Under the pieces are notes generated by a model, which searched no databases, had not been told where the DNA came from, and worked only from the letters and a program-made list of their open reading frames with translations. From a virus (lineage: Duplodnaviria > Heunggongvirae > Uroviricota > Caudoviricetes): DNA of 64,000 nt. A program made the position numbers and the translations under genes. Location: IMG/VR virus record IMGVR_UViG_3300028914_000001, positions 157,489-221,488 of that record. One strand, 5' to 3'. Within the stretch, counting starts at the first letter, position 1; every line of letters starts with the position of its first letter. Below, piece by piece: positions 40,392 to 50,259 of the stretch.

Positions 40392-41648
40392 TTACTTAAC
40401 GCCCTTAGCAGCGATTTCAGCAGCAGACTCTTCCTGCACATCCTCGATTTCATCACTGATGTTCTTCGGGGTGGCAGCAGCTTCTTCCTTCAACTTGCTC
40501 TTGCGGGCCTTTTTCTTGGTGACTTCTTCCTCGCTGAGCGGAGCTGGCATCTCACCAACAAGGTCTTTCGCAAAGAGAGACACGTCGTACATGTAGTTCT
40601 TGGCGATGTAATCAAGGAACTTCTGGTCCGTCATGAGCGGTTCCATAAATTCCCTTGTATTGCATTCGTCAGCATCGTCGTCCGTCCAACGGAATTCACG
40701 GAGAAGTTCACCCGTTTCCTTGTCGATATCGTAATCAGGACGATGGAGGAATGTACCCTTGTTGCCCTTCGGCGTTACAACCGCAACGCCAGCAGCGATT
40801 ACGTCATCGACCAATCCGTACCAGCGGTCGATACCGCCGTTCGTAAGGATACGGTATTCGCACTTACGGTCTTCCATACCGTCACGTCCCTTCTTAATCT
40901 GGGCGGTAACAATCTTACCAATCTTGGACGAACCAGATTCCTGCTTTTCCTTCGACTTGTAAGCTCTTCCAGTCGTACAAACAAGCACAATAGCATCGCT
41001 GTTGAAATACAGTTCGCAACCACCAGGGATATTCTTCGGGTCCTTGTACTGTTCGAGGGAGTCGTAAACGTGGTTGATGATAAGGGCGGTGAACTCGGCT
41101 GCGTTAATCAGCTTGGCAAGTTCGTTCTTCTTGATGGCGGTCTGACCCATGTCAGCCGTCGGCTTGTCCTTACCCGTCTGCTTGTCGATAGCCTCGACAC
41201 GCTGCAAGGAAACAAGCGGGCCCCAAGAGTCGAACAGGAGGAACACTTCATGACGTTCCTTACGGGTCAATCCCTTCTGGGCATTCGTTACAAATTCATT
41301 GATTTGGTGGATATACTTAGATTCAAACACCACGATGTCGTCAGTATTCACGCCGAGACGCTGTGCCAACTTAAAGTTGAATGCGCCTTCCGAGGACACG
41401 ACAAGGCAGTCCATCCCTGCATGATACGCACTGGCGAGGTAATAAAGGCCGATAAGGGACTTACCCATTGTTGACGGGGCTGCGATTTCCGTCATGTGGC
41501 CTTTCTTGATACCGTGGTTCAGCATACCGCTGAAAAGGATGTCAAGAACTGGGATTCCAGAACCAATGTATTCGACTGGTTCATTCTTGGTAATAATGTT
41601 TTCTGCGAAGGCTTTGTTTGCCTTCAGCCTGTCTGTCAATTTAGACAT
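40392..41648 (-). CDS. uvsX: RecA-like recombinase UvsX
   Basis: SGIPVLDILFSG, APSTMGKS, FDSWG, INHVY, IPGG; start revised to ATG 41648 (AGGAG upstream). Confidence 0.9.
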   Translation of the reverse strand: MSKLTDRLKANKAFAENIITKNEPVEYIGSGIPVLDILFSGMLNHGIKKGHMTEIAAPSTMGKSLIGLYYLASAYHAGMDCLVVSSEGAFNFKLAQRLGVNTDDIVVFESKYIHQINEFVTNAQKGLTRKERHEVFLLFDSWGPLVSLQRVEAIDKQTGKDKPTADMGQTAIKKNELAKLINAAEFTALIINHVYDSLEQYKDPKNIPGGCELYFNSDAIVLVCTTGRAYKSKEKQESGSSKIGKIVTAQIKKGRDGMEDRKCEYRILTNGGIDRWYGLVDDVIAAGVAVVTPKGNKGTFLHRPDYDIDKETGELLREFRWTDDDADECNTREFMEPLMTDQKFLDYIAKNYMYDVSLFAKDLVGEMPAPLSEEEVTKKKARKSKLKEEAAATPKNISDEIEDVQEESAAEIAAKGVK

Positions 41649-41734
41649 ATCGTACTCCTGTCTGGTTCGACGCTCAACCCAGGGGGTCATGGTCTTCAGA
41701 CTCGTTAATGTGTTGACATTCTATGTTTATAAGA

Positions 41735-42151
41735 TTACTGGTGCCCGACCGAGACCTCATGGTCAAGAATCTTCTGGCAGGCAAACCTGTTTTCACGGAT
41801 GATTCCCAAGACCGATTTCATCGATTCAAGGTATTCTTCCTGCTCAGCAATCTTCTTGTTCCAGTCCACGATACGGGGGTCTCCGTTGATTCTGTTCATC
41901 AGAAGCGTATTATTCGTGTAGCGGGGAATCGTCTTGAACTTGTGCTTGTGAGTGACCTCTGACAGAATTTCATCTTTCTTCAACTTCATCTCACACACAA
42001 GACGGGTTTCCTCGTCCACAAGACGGGCGAAAGTATATTCATGGTTTGAAATATTTCTCAGGTACTCGACAATCTCCGGGACGGTCTCGGGTATCGTGAT
42101 GTACTTTTCGGCCATCGGCAAAACGTCATTCTTGAATTTATCTTCCGTCAT
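41735..42151 (-). CDS. uvsY: Recombination mediator UvsY-like
   Basis: 138-aa helical protein next to uvsX; INGDPRI...EYLES pattern. Confidence 0.6.
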   Translation of the reverse strand: MTEDKFKNDVLPMAEKYITIPETVPEIVEYLRNISNHEYTFARLVDEETRLVCEMKLKKDEILSEVTHKHKFKTIPRYTNNTLLMNRINGDPRIVDWNKKIAEQEEYLESMKSVLGIIRENRFACQKILDHEVSVGHQ

Positions 42152-42221
42152 TACAACTCCAAAGGAAAAATGGGAACCCAGCGGATTCCCATTAAAAATA
42201 TATTGTTTTTCGGTTATTCCA

Positions 42222-43598
42222 TCATTCTTCCTGAGAATCTGTCGGAATTTCCTCTACTGGGCATTCCTTGGTTCCCGGTTGAACGCCGTTGTCGATGTCC
42301 TCTACGGTTACGGTTTCGCCCTTTTTCTTGCGACCTTTTGACTTCGGCTTCTTTTCCTTTTTCTTATCTTTGGTTTCATCCACCGATACAGGAACGACAT
42401 CCTCGAATGCGGCAAGAGCCTCCTCGGCGATTGCCTCCCGGTCAAACTTCGCCTTGATTTCAGCAGGGATACTTTCGAGCATTTCACGCCACTTCTTCAG
42501 ATTCTTCGGCGAAATATGCAGTTCCTTCATGATAGCCTGCGGCTTCACACCATCAGTCAGCATCTGCAACAGATGCTGGAACGGCTCGCTGCCCTCGATG
42601 ATGTTATAGCATTCCCGGTCGTAAACAATCTTTACGGCATCGTCCGAGACAGGAAGTCTAGCCGCATGGATATCTTCAAGAACCTTAGGATAGTCCTTTC
42701 CGCTCATGATGGAAGCAATGACTCTGCCAATAAGCTCCCCATCAAGGTTGTACTCGACCTTTTCATCGACAGGAGCTTCAACCTTTACTTCTTCGGCAAT
42801 TTCCTGAACCTTCGTTTCAACCTCTTCCTTGGCCTTAGTCGCCTTCGGCGGGAACCTAGGGGTAATTTCCGGGAACTTGTAGAGGTAGTAATGCCAGAAT
42901 GCACTTGCCTTTTCAGTGAAAGACTTATCGGACTCTTCGTCAACGGCATCTGACTCAAGAAGTTTGAAAATACGGACGGCACATTCAGTAAACCTTGGAA
43001 TCTGAGTCGTCAGAATATCCTTGTTCATCGGCTGCCAACGGGAGTCAATCCATTGAGCTTGATTTGCCGGAGTGAACGGGCTAGACAACGGATTACTGTT
43101 GACATCCTGCACGCTAAACATAATTGCACTCGACACAGGGAACTTTTCGTCGTCCATGGTGTACGTGTTGTAATCCTTCGCCTTGAACTCAAAACCGTCA
43201 TTTTCCCTGACGTATTCCTTATATAGCGTGATGGAACGGGCATGGAGCCGCTGAATAGCGTAGCTGACAAGGTTGCCGACGTTGAAATTGTCATGCTTTT
43301 CGGTGTAGATATACTCGTCAGTGGACAAGAACAGGCCCCAGTCACCGTTGCCGCAATGTTTTAGGAACGCCTTGATGATTTCGCTTACCTTCCTCCAACG
43401 TTCGTCAGCCTTGATAAAGACAAAACGGTCGCTTGCGTCGATAATTTCCTTCTTGGCTTCCTGGAACCATTCAGGTTCATCCTTCACGAAGATGTAAATT
43501 TTCTTAAACCCAACATTCTCGTGGTACTTGCACCACATTTTGAACTTCATCTTGGTTTTGTTAGCCAGTCTGGCCAATAGATATACTCTTGGATTCAT
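42222..43598 (-). CDS. GT2/GT92-like glycosyltransferase domain fused to an HTH and a charged tail
   Basis: WCKYH..VGFKKIYIF..DWGLFLSTDEYI; GVKPQAIMKELHISPKNLKKW. Confidence 0.5.
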   Translation of the reverse strand: MNPRVYLLARLANKTKMKFKMWCKYHENVGFKKIYIFVKDEPEWFQEAKKEIIDASDRFVFIKADERWRKVSEIIKAFLKHCGNGDWGLFLSTDEYIYTEKHDNFNVGNLVSYAIQRLHARSITLYKEYVRENDGFEFKAKDYNTYTMDDEKFPVSSAIMFSVQDVNSNPLSSPFTPANQAQWIDSRWQPMNKDILTTQIPRFTECAVRIFKLLESDAVDEESDKSFTEKASAFWHYYLYKFPEITPRFPPKATKAKEEVETKVQEIAEEVKVEAPVDEKVEYNLDGELIGRVIASIMSGKDYPKVLEDIHAARLPVSDDAVKIVYDRECYNIIEGSEPFQHLLQMLTDGVKPQAIMKELHISPKNLKKWREMLESIPAEIKAKFDREAIAEEALAAFEDVVPVSVDETKDKKKEKKPKSKGRKKKGETVTVEDIDNGVQPGTKECPVEEIPTDSQEE

Positions 43599-43696
43599 AA
43601 TAGTAACCCTTAAAATTCAATAATAAATTACATTTTTTAACAAAACGGAAATGTCGGACAGTTTCCTGCCCGACATTGAGGTATCTATGTCCAATA

Positions 43697-45115
43697 TTAA
43701 AACGGTGGGTCATCCCCAAACGGACTATCAAACACATGGTCAGCATTGATGTCTGGCACAGGTGATTGCTGCTGAATGCCCATAAGAGTTGCTGCCGGAA
43801 CCGCAGAAATCGGAGATTCCATATCCTCCTGAATACGGTCGATTTTGGCGGCCTGTGCATTCTTTTCGTTCATGAACGTCACGTTGCACATGCTAACTTC
43901 GGTCCTTGGGTGGAAAGCGTAGAATCCACGCTGGCGTAAATTCTTAATCAAATCTATTTGGTGCTTAGTGATACCAATGCTTTCCAACGACTCCGCTTGC
44001 ATAAATTCACCTGTACCAACACGGCTGCAAGCTTCGGTGATAGCAGACTTGATATTGTCCGGAGTGCAACTAAGGTCGATAAGGGTCTTGTTTCTAAGGT
44101 ACTGGTCAAGCCACCCTTCCCTCTTTGCCGTCTCGTAGATGTCGCCGCAGGTCTGGATGAACTTCCCCGCACCATCCTTTCCCACGCAGGTAGCCTTAGG
44201 GAAACCGGGCGTTTTAGGGTTAGGAACACACATTCCGTGAATATTATCGCTATCGTCACCAGAAACGATTTTCTTGGCGAGATATTCAGACGGGGAATCG
44301 CACGAGAGGAACTTGCCATTGAGATGGTCGTAGAATACCGCCTTGCTGCATTCAATCTGCATCATATCGCTATCTCTCGTAGCAATCACAATGCTGGTAT
44401 ACTTATCCTGCAAAGACGATACCGCACCATAAATAATGTCATCGCCTTCCGCACCGTCAAGTTGCACAACAGTCGCACGATAATACTTTCCGAGTTCAAA
44501 CGCAAACTTATCCTTGTAAGACTGCCACTCAGACTTAGGTGTCAATGCCGACCAATCACTATACTTGCGTTTTCCCTTGTAACTAGGAATAATCGGAGTT
44601 TTGCTTTCATTCTTAGACTTCTTGCTTACTTCGTAAAGATTCCACAGAAGGTCCTGTTTTTGCGGAGGAAGTTCTCCGAGAAGCTTATGGGGCTTATCCC
44701 TAAAAGTCTGGTATTCCTTAACGGCAATTCTGTCAACCGTATATTCTTCCTTCTTCTTGTCAGGCTTGCCGATACGGTAGGCATAGTTTTCCGTTTCCGT
44801 GTAGATGTAGGTATCATCGTGGTACACGATTGTATGCTTTCCGTAATAATCCTTGACGAAATCCTTTCTCCAAGAGAAACCGTCAACCGCAATGATGATA
44901 TCCAGCGGATTGAAACGCTGAATCAAATCATTCATCGCAGTGACCATCTTGTTGCGCCACAGACGGAGTTCATCTTCCTTGCTCTGAATACCATAATCGT
45001 CCCCAGCCTTTTCAGCAGCCTGGACCGAATGGATAGCCTGGTAAGCGACTGACGACCAGTCGATAACCATAAGCCTGTTTGTGTCATACTTGTAGGTAGT
45101 TGGGGTACTTATCAT
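43697..45115 (-). CDS. rnh: RNase H / 5'-3' exonuclease (T4 rnh, FEN family)
   Basis: LMVIDW, VDG.SWRK, YKGKR, EGDDII, RDSDM.Q, GD.SDNI. Confidence 0.9.
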   Translation of the reverse strand: MISTPTTYKYDTNRLMVIDWSSVAYQAIHSVQAAEKAGDDYGIQSKEDELRLWRNKMVTAMNDLIQRFNPLDIIIAVDGFSWRKDFVKDYYGKHTIVYHDDTYIYTETENYAYRIGKPDKKKEEYTVDRIAVKEYQTFRDKPHKLLGELPPQKQDLLWNLYEVSKKSKNESKTPIIPSYKGKRKYSDWSALTPKSEWQSYKDKFAFELGKYYRATVVQLDGAEGDDIIYGAVSSLQDKYTSIVIATRDSDMMQIECSKAVFYDHLNGKFLSCDSPSEYLAKKIVSGDDSDNIHGMCVPNPKTPGFPKATCVGKDGAGKFIQTCGDIYETAKREGWLDQYLRNKTLIDLSCTPDNIKSAITEACSRVGTGEFMQAESLESIGITKHQIDLIKNLRQRGFYAFHPRTEVSMCNVTFMNEKNAQAAKIDRIQEDMESPISAVPAATLMGIQQQSPVPDINADHVFDSPFGDDPPF

Positions 45116-45136
45116 ACTTTACTCCTTAATGTTGAT

Positions 45137-45185
45137 AATATAGTATACATGATAGGGTCTGTCAAGCCAAAAAAGTATAAACTAG
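45137..45185. promoter_or_regulatory. Divergent promoters: sigma70-like TTGACA-17-TATATT (minus, rnh) and late TATAAACTAG (plus, 45176-45185)
   Basis: Canonical -35 at 45160-45165 and -10 at 45137-45142; late box 21 nt before ATG 45207. Confidence 0.75.
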
Positions 45186-45206
45186 AGATAATTACGAGGT
45201 TATCCC

Positions 45207-48200
45207 ATGTTTACGACCCTTCAAAAGGAATATGCTATACTGTTCTACATCCGTTATAAGCTAGGGCAAGAAGACAACAACGGCTTCTTGCATGAACTGT
45301 ATACTGAAAAGAATGTCAAAAGCATTCTTGAAAAGCTGGTAAACAACAAGACTAAGGACACTTCGACTATCAGTACCGAGCAGGTCGTTGAAAGAGTATT
45401 GCCATCCGTCAACATAGACACCTTGACCAACCCGAGAGCAACACACCCTAAATTCAACGTCCTTCCATACAACCCGGTAAGCTTCATGGAACTCTACATG
45501 GGTAAAACGATAAACAACGTGCTGATGAATATGAAGGAGAGGATATTCGTAGACGACATTACGGATGCAAAGGACGGCATGGCCGCATATTTTGTATCGA
45601 TATTTTCTCGAAATATGATGGTTAACGATAATTTTGCGAAATTTGCAACCATCGAACAACATCCATCAGCAGATAAAATCGTCCATACGCTCCGCACGCA
45701 ATTCCCGGACTCCTACCTTGCAAATGATACCGAAGCACTATCCAAGTATGCCACCCAGATGGTTCGGGAAAACTTCACCCACAAAGATTTGGGTACAGTA
45801 ATCATGTACCTCCAAAAGAAATTCGGAAACTCGCTCAACAGAACATCTATCGTCAATGCTATCGCAAGTGCCTCCAAGTATAAAGAAAATGATGATGACA
45901 CCACGTTCGATGAAATTCGAGACACTGCTGAAGAAAGCACGATGGCAATGGTGCAATCGACATCTAGCATAGACAACATGTTCAAAACCTCGGCAAAGTA
46001 CAGGTTCTCTGGAACCATGAAATACAAGAGAGGGGCGAAAGATTCCAGCGGAAATACCGCACCTAACACAATCGAGCTCAGTTTAAGAAAGCAGGATATG
46101 GAAGGCAAACTACATATAGACTGCTTTACCCAATTCATCACCGTCCTAAACAAGCTTCTTCACCTTGAAGGACTGCCCGGAGTAAATACGAGCCAATATA
46201 ATAGCCTGAACACAGTACTGCTCTCAGAGGAACAGTACCACGCACTATTCCCGGAATACTTCGTTACTGTCGGAATCCTTAAAACTAAGGAGAAGACAGC
46301 TTCAGAAATGGGCACCACCACGATGAAAAGCGGTGACGAATCAACGAACATTATCGACCGTTATACTGGCGAGGACGAAGACAAATATGACAGCGAGGAT
46401 GAAGAAACATACGACTCTTCCGTTCTTACCCTCGGAAAGACCAAAAAACTTATGCTGGCAAAGATGCTGGCAACACTTAATGGACACCCGGAAACTGTCC
46501 CGGACCAAATCGAATCGGCAAAAGGAAAGAAATCCGCTATTTACGAACTGAACCGTATTTTCATCACGGAATTATTCAACTCCCCATATCCCACAATACA
46601 GGCGTTGGTCGGCTTCCTTACGCATGACGAACTTCCGCCAGATATGGAATCCCATGACGACGAGCTGTTCATACTCAGACAGAAATACCTTAAAGACAAT
46701 GCGGAGGACGCAAAAGTATTTGGTGAACGAGACACCAATGTCAAGGCATTCGCTACCGTACTTAGCGAACTCTCAAAGGCCGCACATATGGGCCCAAACG
46801 ACAGATTGCCGTCACAGAATATCGTCATTTCCAACGGAGCCAATCAATACGTACTGACTGGATTGCCTAGCGTAGTTAACGCAATGGTAGCGCATGCAAT
46901 CAAGGGACAATACATTGACGGGATAACGGTCACAAGCAAAAATCCTATATACGACGCAATCAACTTCCTCATCAAATCCAATCTGCTCCGCAAAAACGGA
47001 AAAACTTACGTACTTGTAACAGACGCAAACCAAATAAACAGTGTCGTAGACTCGCTTCCATGGAAACAGCTCGAAACCCTTCATCACACGATGATGGTAA
47101 CTGCCCTTCACAACTGTTCGTACCTCTACAAGCAAAACGGCTGGGTTAAAATGACTCCCCAGGAAAGTTCACGGCACGAGTACGAGAAAATCAAGGATGA
47201 CGCCAAGACTAAGGATGATTTTTACTTCACAGGAAAACTTGTCAAGATTATGGAATCCGTCCAAGGAAATGTCAAACCATATTTTGACGACCTGAGAGAC
47301 ATCAACGATGTTATCGCCCGCATCAAAATGGATTACGGCATAACAAGCGTAGAACCAGCACAAGCCCCGACGGTTGACGAAAACACCCTTTCGGTTAACG
47401 ACCGTGTAATACAGATGTTCAGCACAGACGATTCTTCGGAAGCTATCGACAGCCTTTCCCAAGATTACTATCTAAGAAGTGTCGAAAGCAAGTACGAGGA
47501 AATCGTTGACAAAAAGTGCAAGGAAGTTACCGCCGCACTCAGGCAGAACAAGCACCTTGACGAGGACACCAGAAAAGCCCTTATCAGGAAGTTTGGCCAT
47601 GTCGGCGGGAAAACCAAGATAATCAACAGGGTATTCGACGGTGTCAAGAAGTCAGCATCAGGTAACGTCGCAGAGAAATTCAACAAGCAGGACGAACAGA
47701 GGATGTTCCAGATTGCACAAGATGTAATCCGGCTCTACAACTTCGTCCGAAACGACGTTGAAAAACATAACCCGACGATTGCAAAAGAATTTCCGCAAAC
47801 CCGCCAGTATGTCCAATCAGCAGACCTCGACACTATGTCAAAGGGCCAGAGCCTAACCGGGAAGAACTATATCGAAAATGGCTCTGCCGTAGACAAAGAC
47901 TTTTTACTGAACGCATACCTCATTGATGTACTTTTCGAGACCATATACCTCATGACCATCCTCTTCGACCTCCCGGCACGAACCGAGTACAGCGTACAGG
48001 ATATCATGCAAATGTCCGACGTGTCTGAAATGATACGCTATATCAAGGAAAACATGAATATCGCCATGGAAGGCAACATGGTCTACACTCAGCTCCTGAC
48101 TGCAATCAAGAGAAAGTCTAACATACTGTTCAATTCTCCGATGTTGAATATAATCATCGCAGTCATGTTGAGCAATCCTGACCTGAAGCAGTTGAGCGTC

Positions 48201-48320
48201 GGTGAAGCCAACAAGCTTAACGGAAAGAATAGACACTTGACTTCTGGAAAGGTATTGTCAGACATCGCCGCACACCAAATGGCACATGTTACAGCGAATT
48301 CGAAAAAAAGAACCCGCTAG
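45207..48320 (+). CDS. Hypothetical 1037-aa late protein, probably virion-associated
   Basis: Long ORF, GAGG upstream, late box; no motif recognised. Confidence 0.6.
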   Translation: MFTTLQKEYAILFYIRYKLGQEDNNGFLHELYTEKNVKSILEKLVNNKTKDTSTISTEQVVERVLPSVNIDTLTNPRATHPKFNVLPYNPVSFMELYMGKTINNVLMNMKERIFVDDITDAKDGMAAYFVSIFSRNMMVNDNFAKFATIEQHPSADKIVHTLRTQFPDSYLANDTEALSKYATQMVRENFTHKDLGTVIMYLQKKFGNSLNRTSIVNAIASASKYKENDDDTTFDEIRDTAEESTMAMVQSTSSIDNMFKTSAKYRFSGTMKYKRGAKDSSGNTAPNTIELSLRKQDMEGKLHIDCFTQFITVLNKLLHLEGLPGVNTSQYNSLNTVLLSEEQYHALFPEYFVTVGILKTKEKTASEMGTTTMKSGDESTNIIDRYTGEDEDKYDSEDEETYDSSVLTLGKTKKLMLAKMLATLNGHPETVPDQIESAKGKKSAIYELNRIFITELFNSPYPTIQALVGFLTHDELPPDMESHDDELFILRQKYLKDNAEDAKVFGERDTNVKAFATVLSELSKAAHMGPNDRLPSQNIVISNGANQYVLTGLPSVVNAMVAHAIKGQYIDGITVTSKNPIYDAINFLIKSNLLRKNGKTYVLVTDANQINSVVDSLPWKQLETLHHTMMVTALHNCSYLYKQNGWVKMTPQESSRHEYEKIKDDAKTKDDFYFTGKLVKIMESVQGNVKPYFDDLRDINDVIARIKMDYGITSVEPAQAPTVDENTLSVNDRVIQMFSTDDSSEAIDSLSQDYYLRSVESKYEEIVDKKCKEVTAALRQNKHLDEDTRKALIRKFGHVGGKTKIINRVFDGVKKSASGNVAEKFNKQDEQRMFQIAQDVIRLYNFVRNDVEKHNPTIAKEFPQTRQYVQSADLDTMSKGQSLTGKNYIENGSAVDKDFLLNAYLIDVLFETIYLMTILFDLPARTEYSVQDIMQMSDVSEMIRYIKENMNIAMEGNMVYTQLLTAIKRKSNILFNSPMLNIIIAVMLSNPDLKQLSVGEANKLNGKNRHLTSGKVLSDIAAHQMAHVTANSKKRTR

Positions 48321-50065
48321 AACTGGCGACGGTAATTCTTGAGAAGGCCCTCTGCGGCCTTCTTCTTCTTTTTCTCCAACTGCTGGGCCCGTTTCTCCGC
48401 CTTTTCCTTTCGCTTCTGCTTGATGTCGTCAAGCTTCACATCAGCAGCAACCTTACCGTTAAGGTCTTCTATCGTAACTGGAATCTTGTCGGCATTGTAA
48501 TATTTCATCCTTTCACGGAAATGGCGAACCATGTAGTTCTCGTTGACGTGGTCTCCCAGTGTACGGCCATGAACCATGTATGAAGCGTCATCGACAATAT
48601 CGTAACAAGTGGCAATTTCCTTGCCCGGACACTTACGGACGATACGTCCAATAGACTGCATAATCATGTACATCGACTTTCCTGGGTCGCCAAACACAAG
48701 GTTGTTCAACTGCTTTACATTCACGCCAGCCTGCAAGCACCCGTATGTACCGAGAAGGATGTGGCCATAAGATGTATCCATATCCTGTCTGATAACATTT
48801 CGTGCGTTCGCCTTGACATCACCCTTGATGATGCTATACTTAAACTCTGGATGATTTTCCTGCAAGTAAGCCGCAACACGTTCCATCGGCTCGATATTTC
48901 GGAACAGGATTACCGTGTTCTGGTCCGTCGTTATCCTCTTCTCGTTGATAAGCATGTCAAGAATATCAAATCGGCTTCGGTTGCCAGTCACGACGGCATA
49001 CTCCTCATCAAACTTCGAGTAGCAGATTGTCGTTCGGCAATCCAAAGGATATGGCACAAAAAGACCAACCACTCGTGCAGGCGTGATAATGCCTTTCTCG
49101 GCTAGTTCCCAAAGGCTGACAATGTGATACTTCTTTCCGAGAGACGACTCTATATAGGCAGCTTCAAGACCCTCATCAGGAATCGTACCCGATACGCCTA
49201 TCTTAAAGTTTTCTGCCGAGGTGCAATAGTCAAGAATCTGACGCAGCACCGGGCCACGGCATCCTTGACACTCGTCAACAATCACCGCATCAAACCGCTT
49301 GAAGAAGGACGGCTCCTTGTTCTGCAGACTCTGCCACGTCGTTATCACAATAGGTTTCAACATGACTTCTTCGCCAAGGTTCAGCTCGGCAAGTTTCTTC
49401 TTTTGGGCGGCGGTCAGCTTATCCTTCGAATCGCCATAGATTAGCGTACAGTTGTCGTGCGCCTCGTCCCATGAATAGTCGTCATAGAAGTTCTGCATCA
49501 ACTGGACTACCAGCCCGGAGTTCGGAACGACAACGGCAATCTTCTTGTGTTCAACCTCGGTCATGTAACGGGCCATCACATAGATTGACAGCGACTTTCC
49601 TGATGCAGTACAGGCCTTCAACGAGCCACGACGATGCAGCATGGCTTGATAAATCAATTCAACTTGATGGTCATAGAGGGACAGCTTGAACCCCTTCTTG
49701 CGGTCGTGGATGTTCAGCGTGTCGGCATACTTGATGATTTCATCCCTGGTCAGAACAACCTTTGGCGTGAACATCGAGTGAATCCTCGGCGACAACTTGA
49801 AGCCGATACCCGGAAACCGTCCTTTGAGCAAGGTGCAAACCCTGGCTATCAGACCGATGGGGATAGTCCGCTCTTCACTCTCATAGAAGTTGACATACTC
49901 CTTATGGTATCCATTTTTATACTTTTCCGTGTATGTAGCCTGCTTGTCCTCGTACTTGATGGCACTGTTCAGGTAATTGTAGACCTGTCTGGTTTCAAAG
50001 TCATTGCCTTCGTATACGGTGACTTGCGCTAAGTTATCTTTCAAGAAGTCAAAATAAACAATCAT
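48317..50065 (-). CDS. uvsW: SF2 helicase UvsW
   Basis: TASGKS, VVVP, TWQSL, DECQ, SGT, GVN, QSIGR, YDIVDD. Confidence 0.9.
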   Translation of the reverse strand: MIVYFDFLKDNLAQVTVYEGNDFETRQVYNYLNSAIKYEDKQATYTEKYKNGYHKEYVNFYESEERTIPIGLIARVCTLLKGRFPGIGFKLSPRIHSMFTPKVVLTRDEIIKYADTLNIHDRKKGFKLSLYDHQVELIYQAMLHRRGSLKACTASGKSLSIYVMARYMTEVEHKKIAVVVPNSGLVVQLMQNFYDDYSWDEAHDNCTLIYGDSKDKLTAAQKKKLAELNLGEEVMLKPIVITTWQSLQNKEPSFFKRFDAVIVDECQGCRGPVLRQILDYCTSAENFKIGVSGTIPDEGLEAAYIESSLGKKYHIVSLWELAEKGIITPARVVGLFVPYPLDCRTTICYSKFDEEYAVVTGNRSRFDILDMLINEKRITTDQNTVILFRNIEPMERVAAYLQENHPEFKYSIIKGDVKANARNVIRQDMDTSYGHILLGTYGCLQAGVNVKQLNNLVFGDPGKSMYMIMQSIGRIVRKCPGKEIATCYDIVDDASYMVHGRTLGDHVNENYMVRHFRERMKYYNADKIPVTIEDLNGKVAADVKLDDIKQKRKEKAEKRAQQLEKKKKKAAEGLLKNYRRQF

Positions 50066-50222
50066 AATAAATGGATAAACTAGGGGTGAAATTGATGTTT
50101 TTCTAAACTAAAATATCTTTTTTACACCCGAAGTTTATATTTTAATATAAAAAAATGAGAACATATAGTGTTACCTGGAGGCAAAGGAGATAAAATTTCT
50201 ATGAAACTTTCGTATTGGACGC

Positions 50223-50251
50223 TTGACAAAACTTCACTTTTATTGTAGCTT
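50223..50251 (+). promoter_or_regulatory. sigma70-like promoter TTGACA-17-TAGCTT, near-leaderless
   Basis: Canonical -35; ATG 8 nt after the -10. Confidence 0.65.
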
Positions 50252-50259
50252 TAGCGACG

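Noticed and set aside
50066-50259. AT-rich gap as a replication origin
   Set aside because: No iterons visible; divergent promoters explain the composition.
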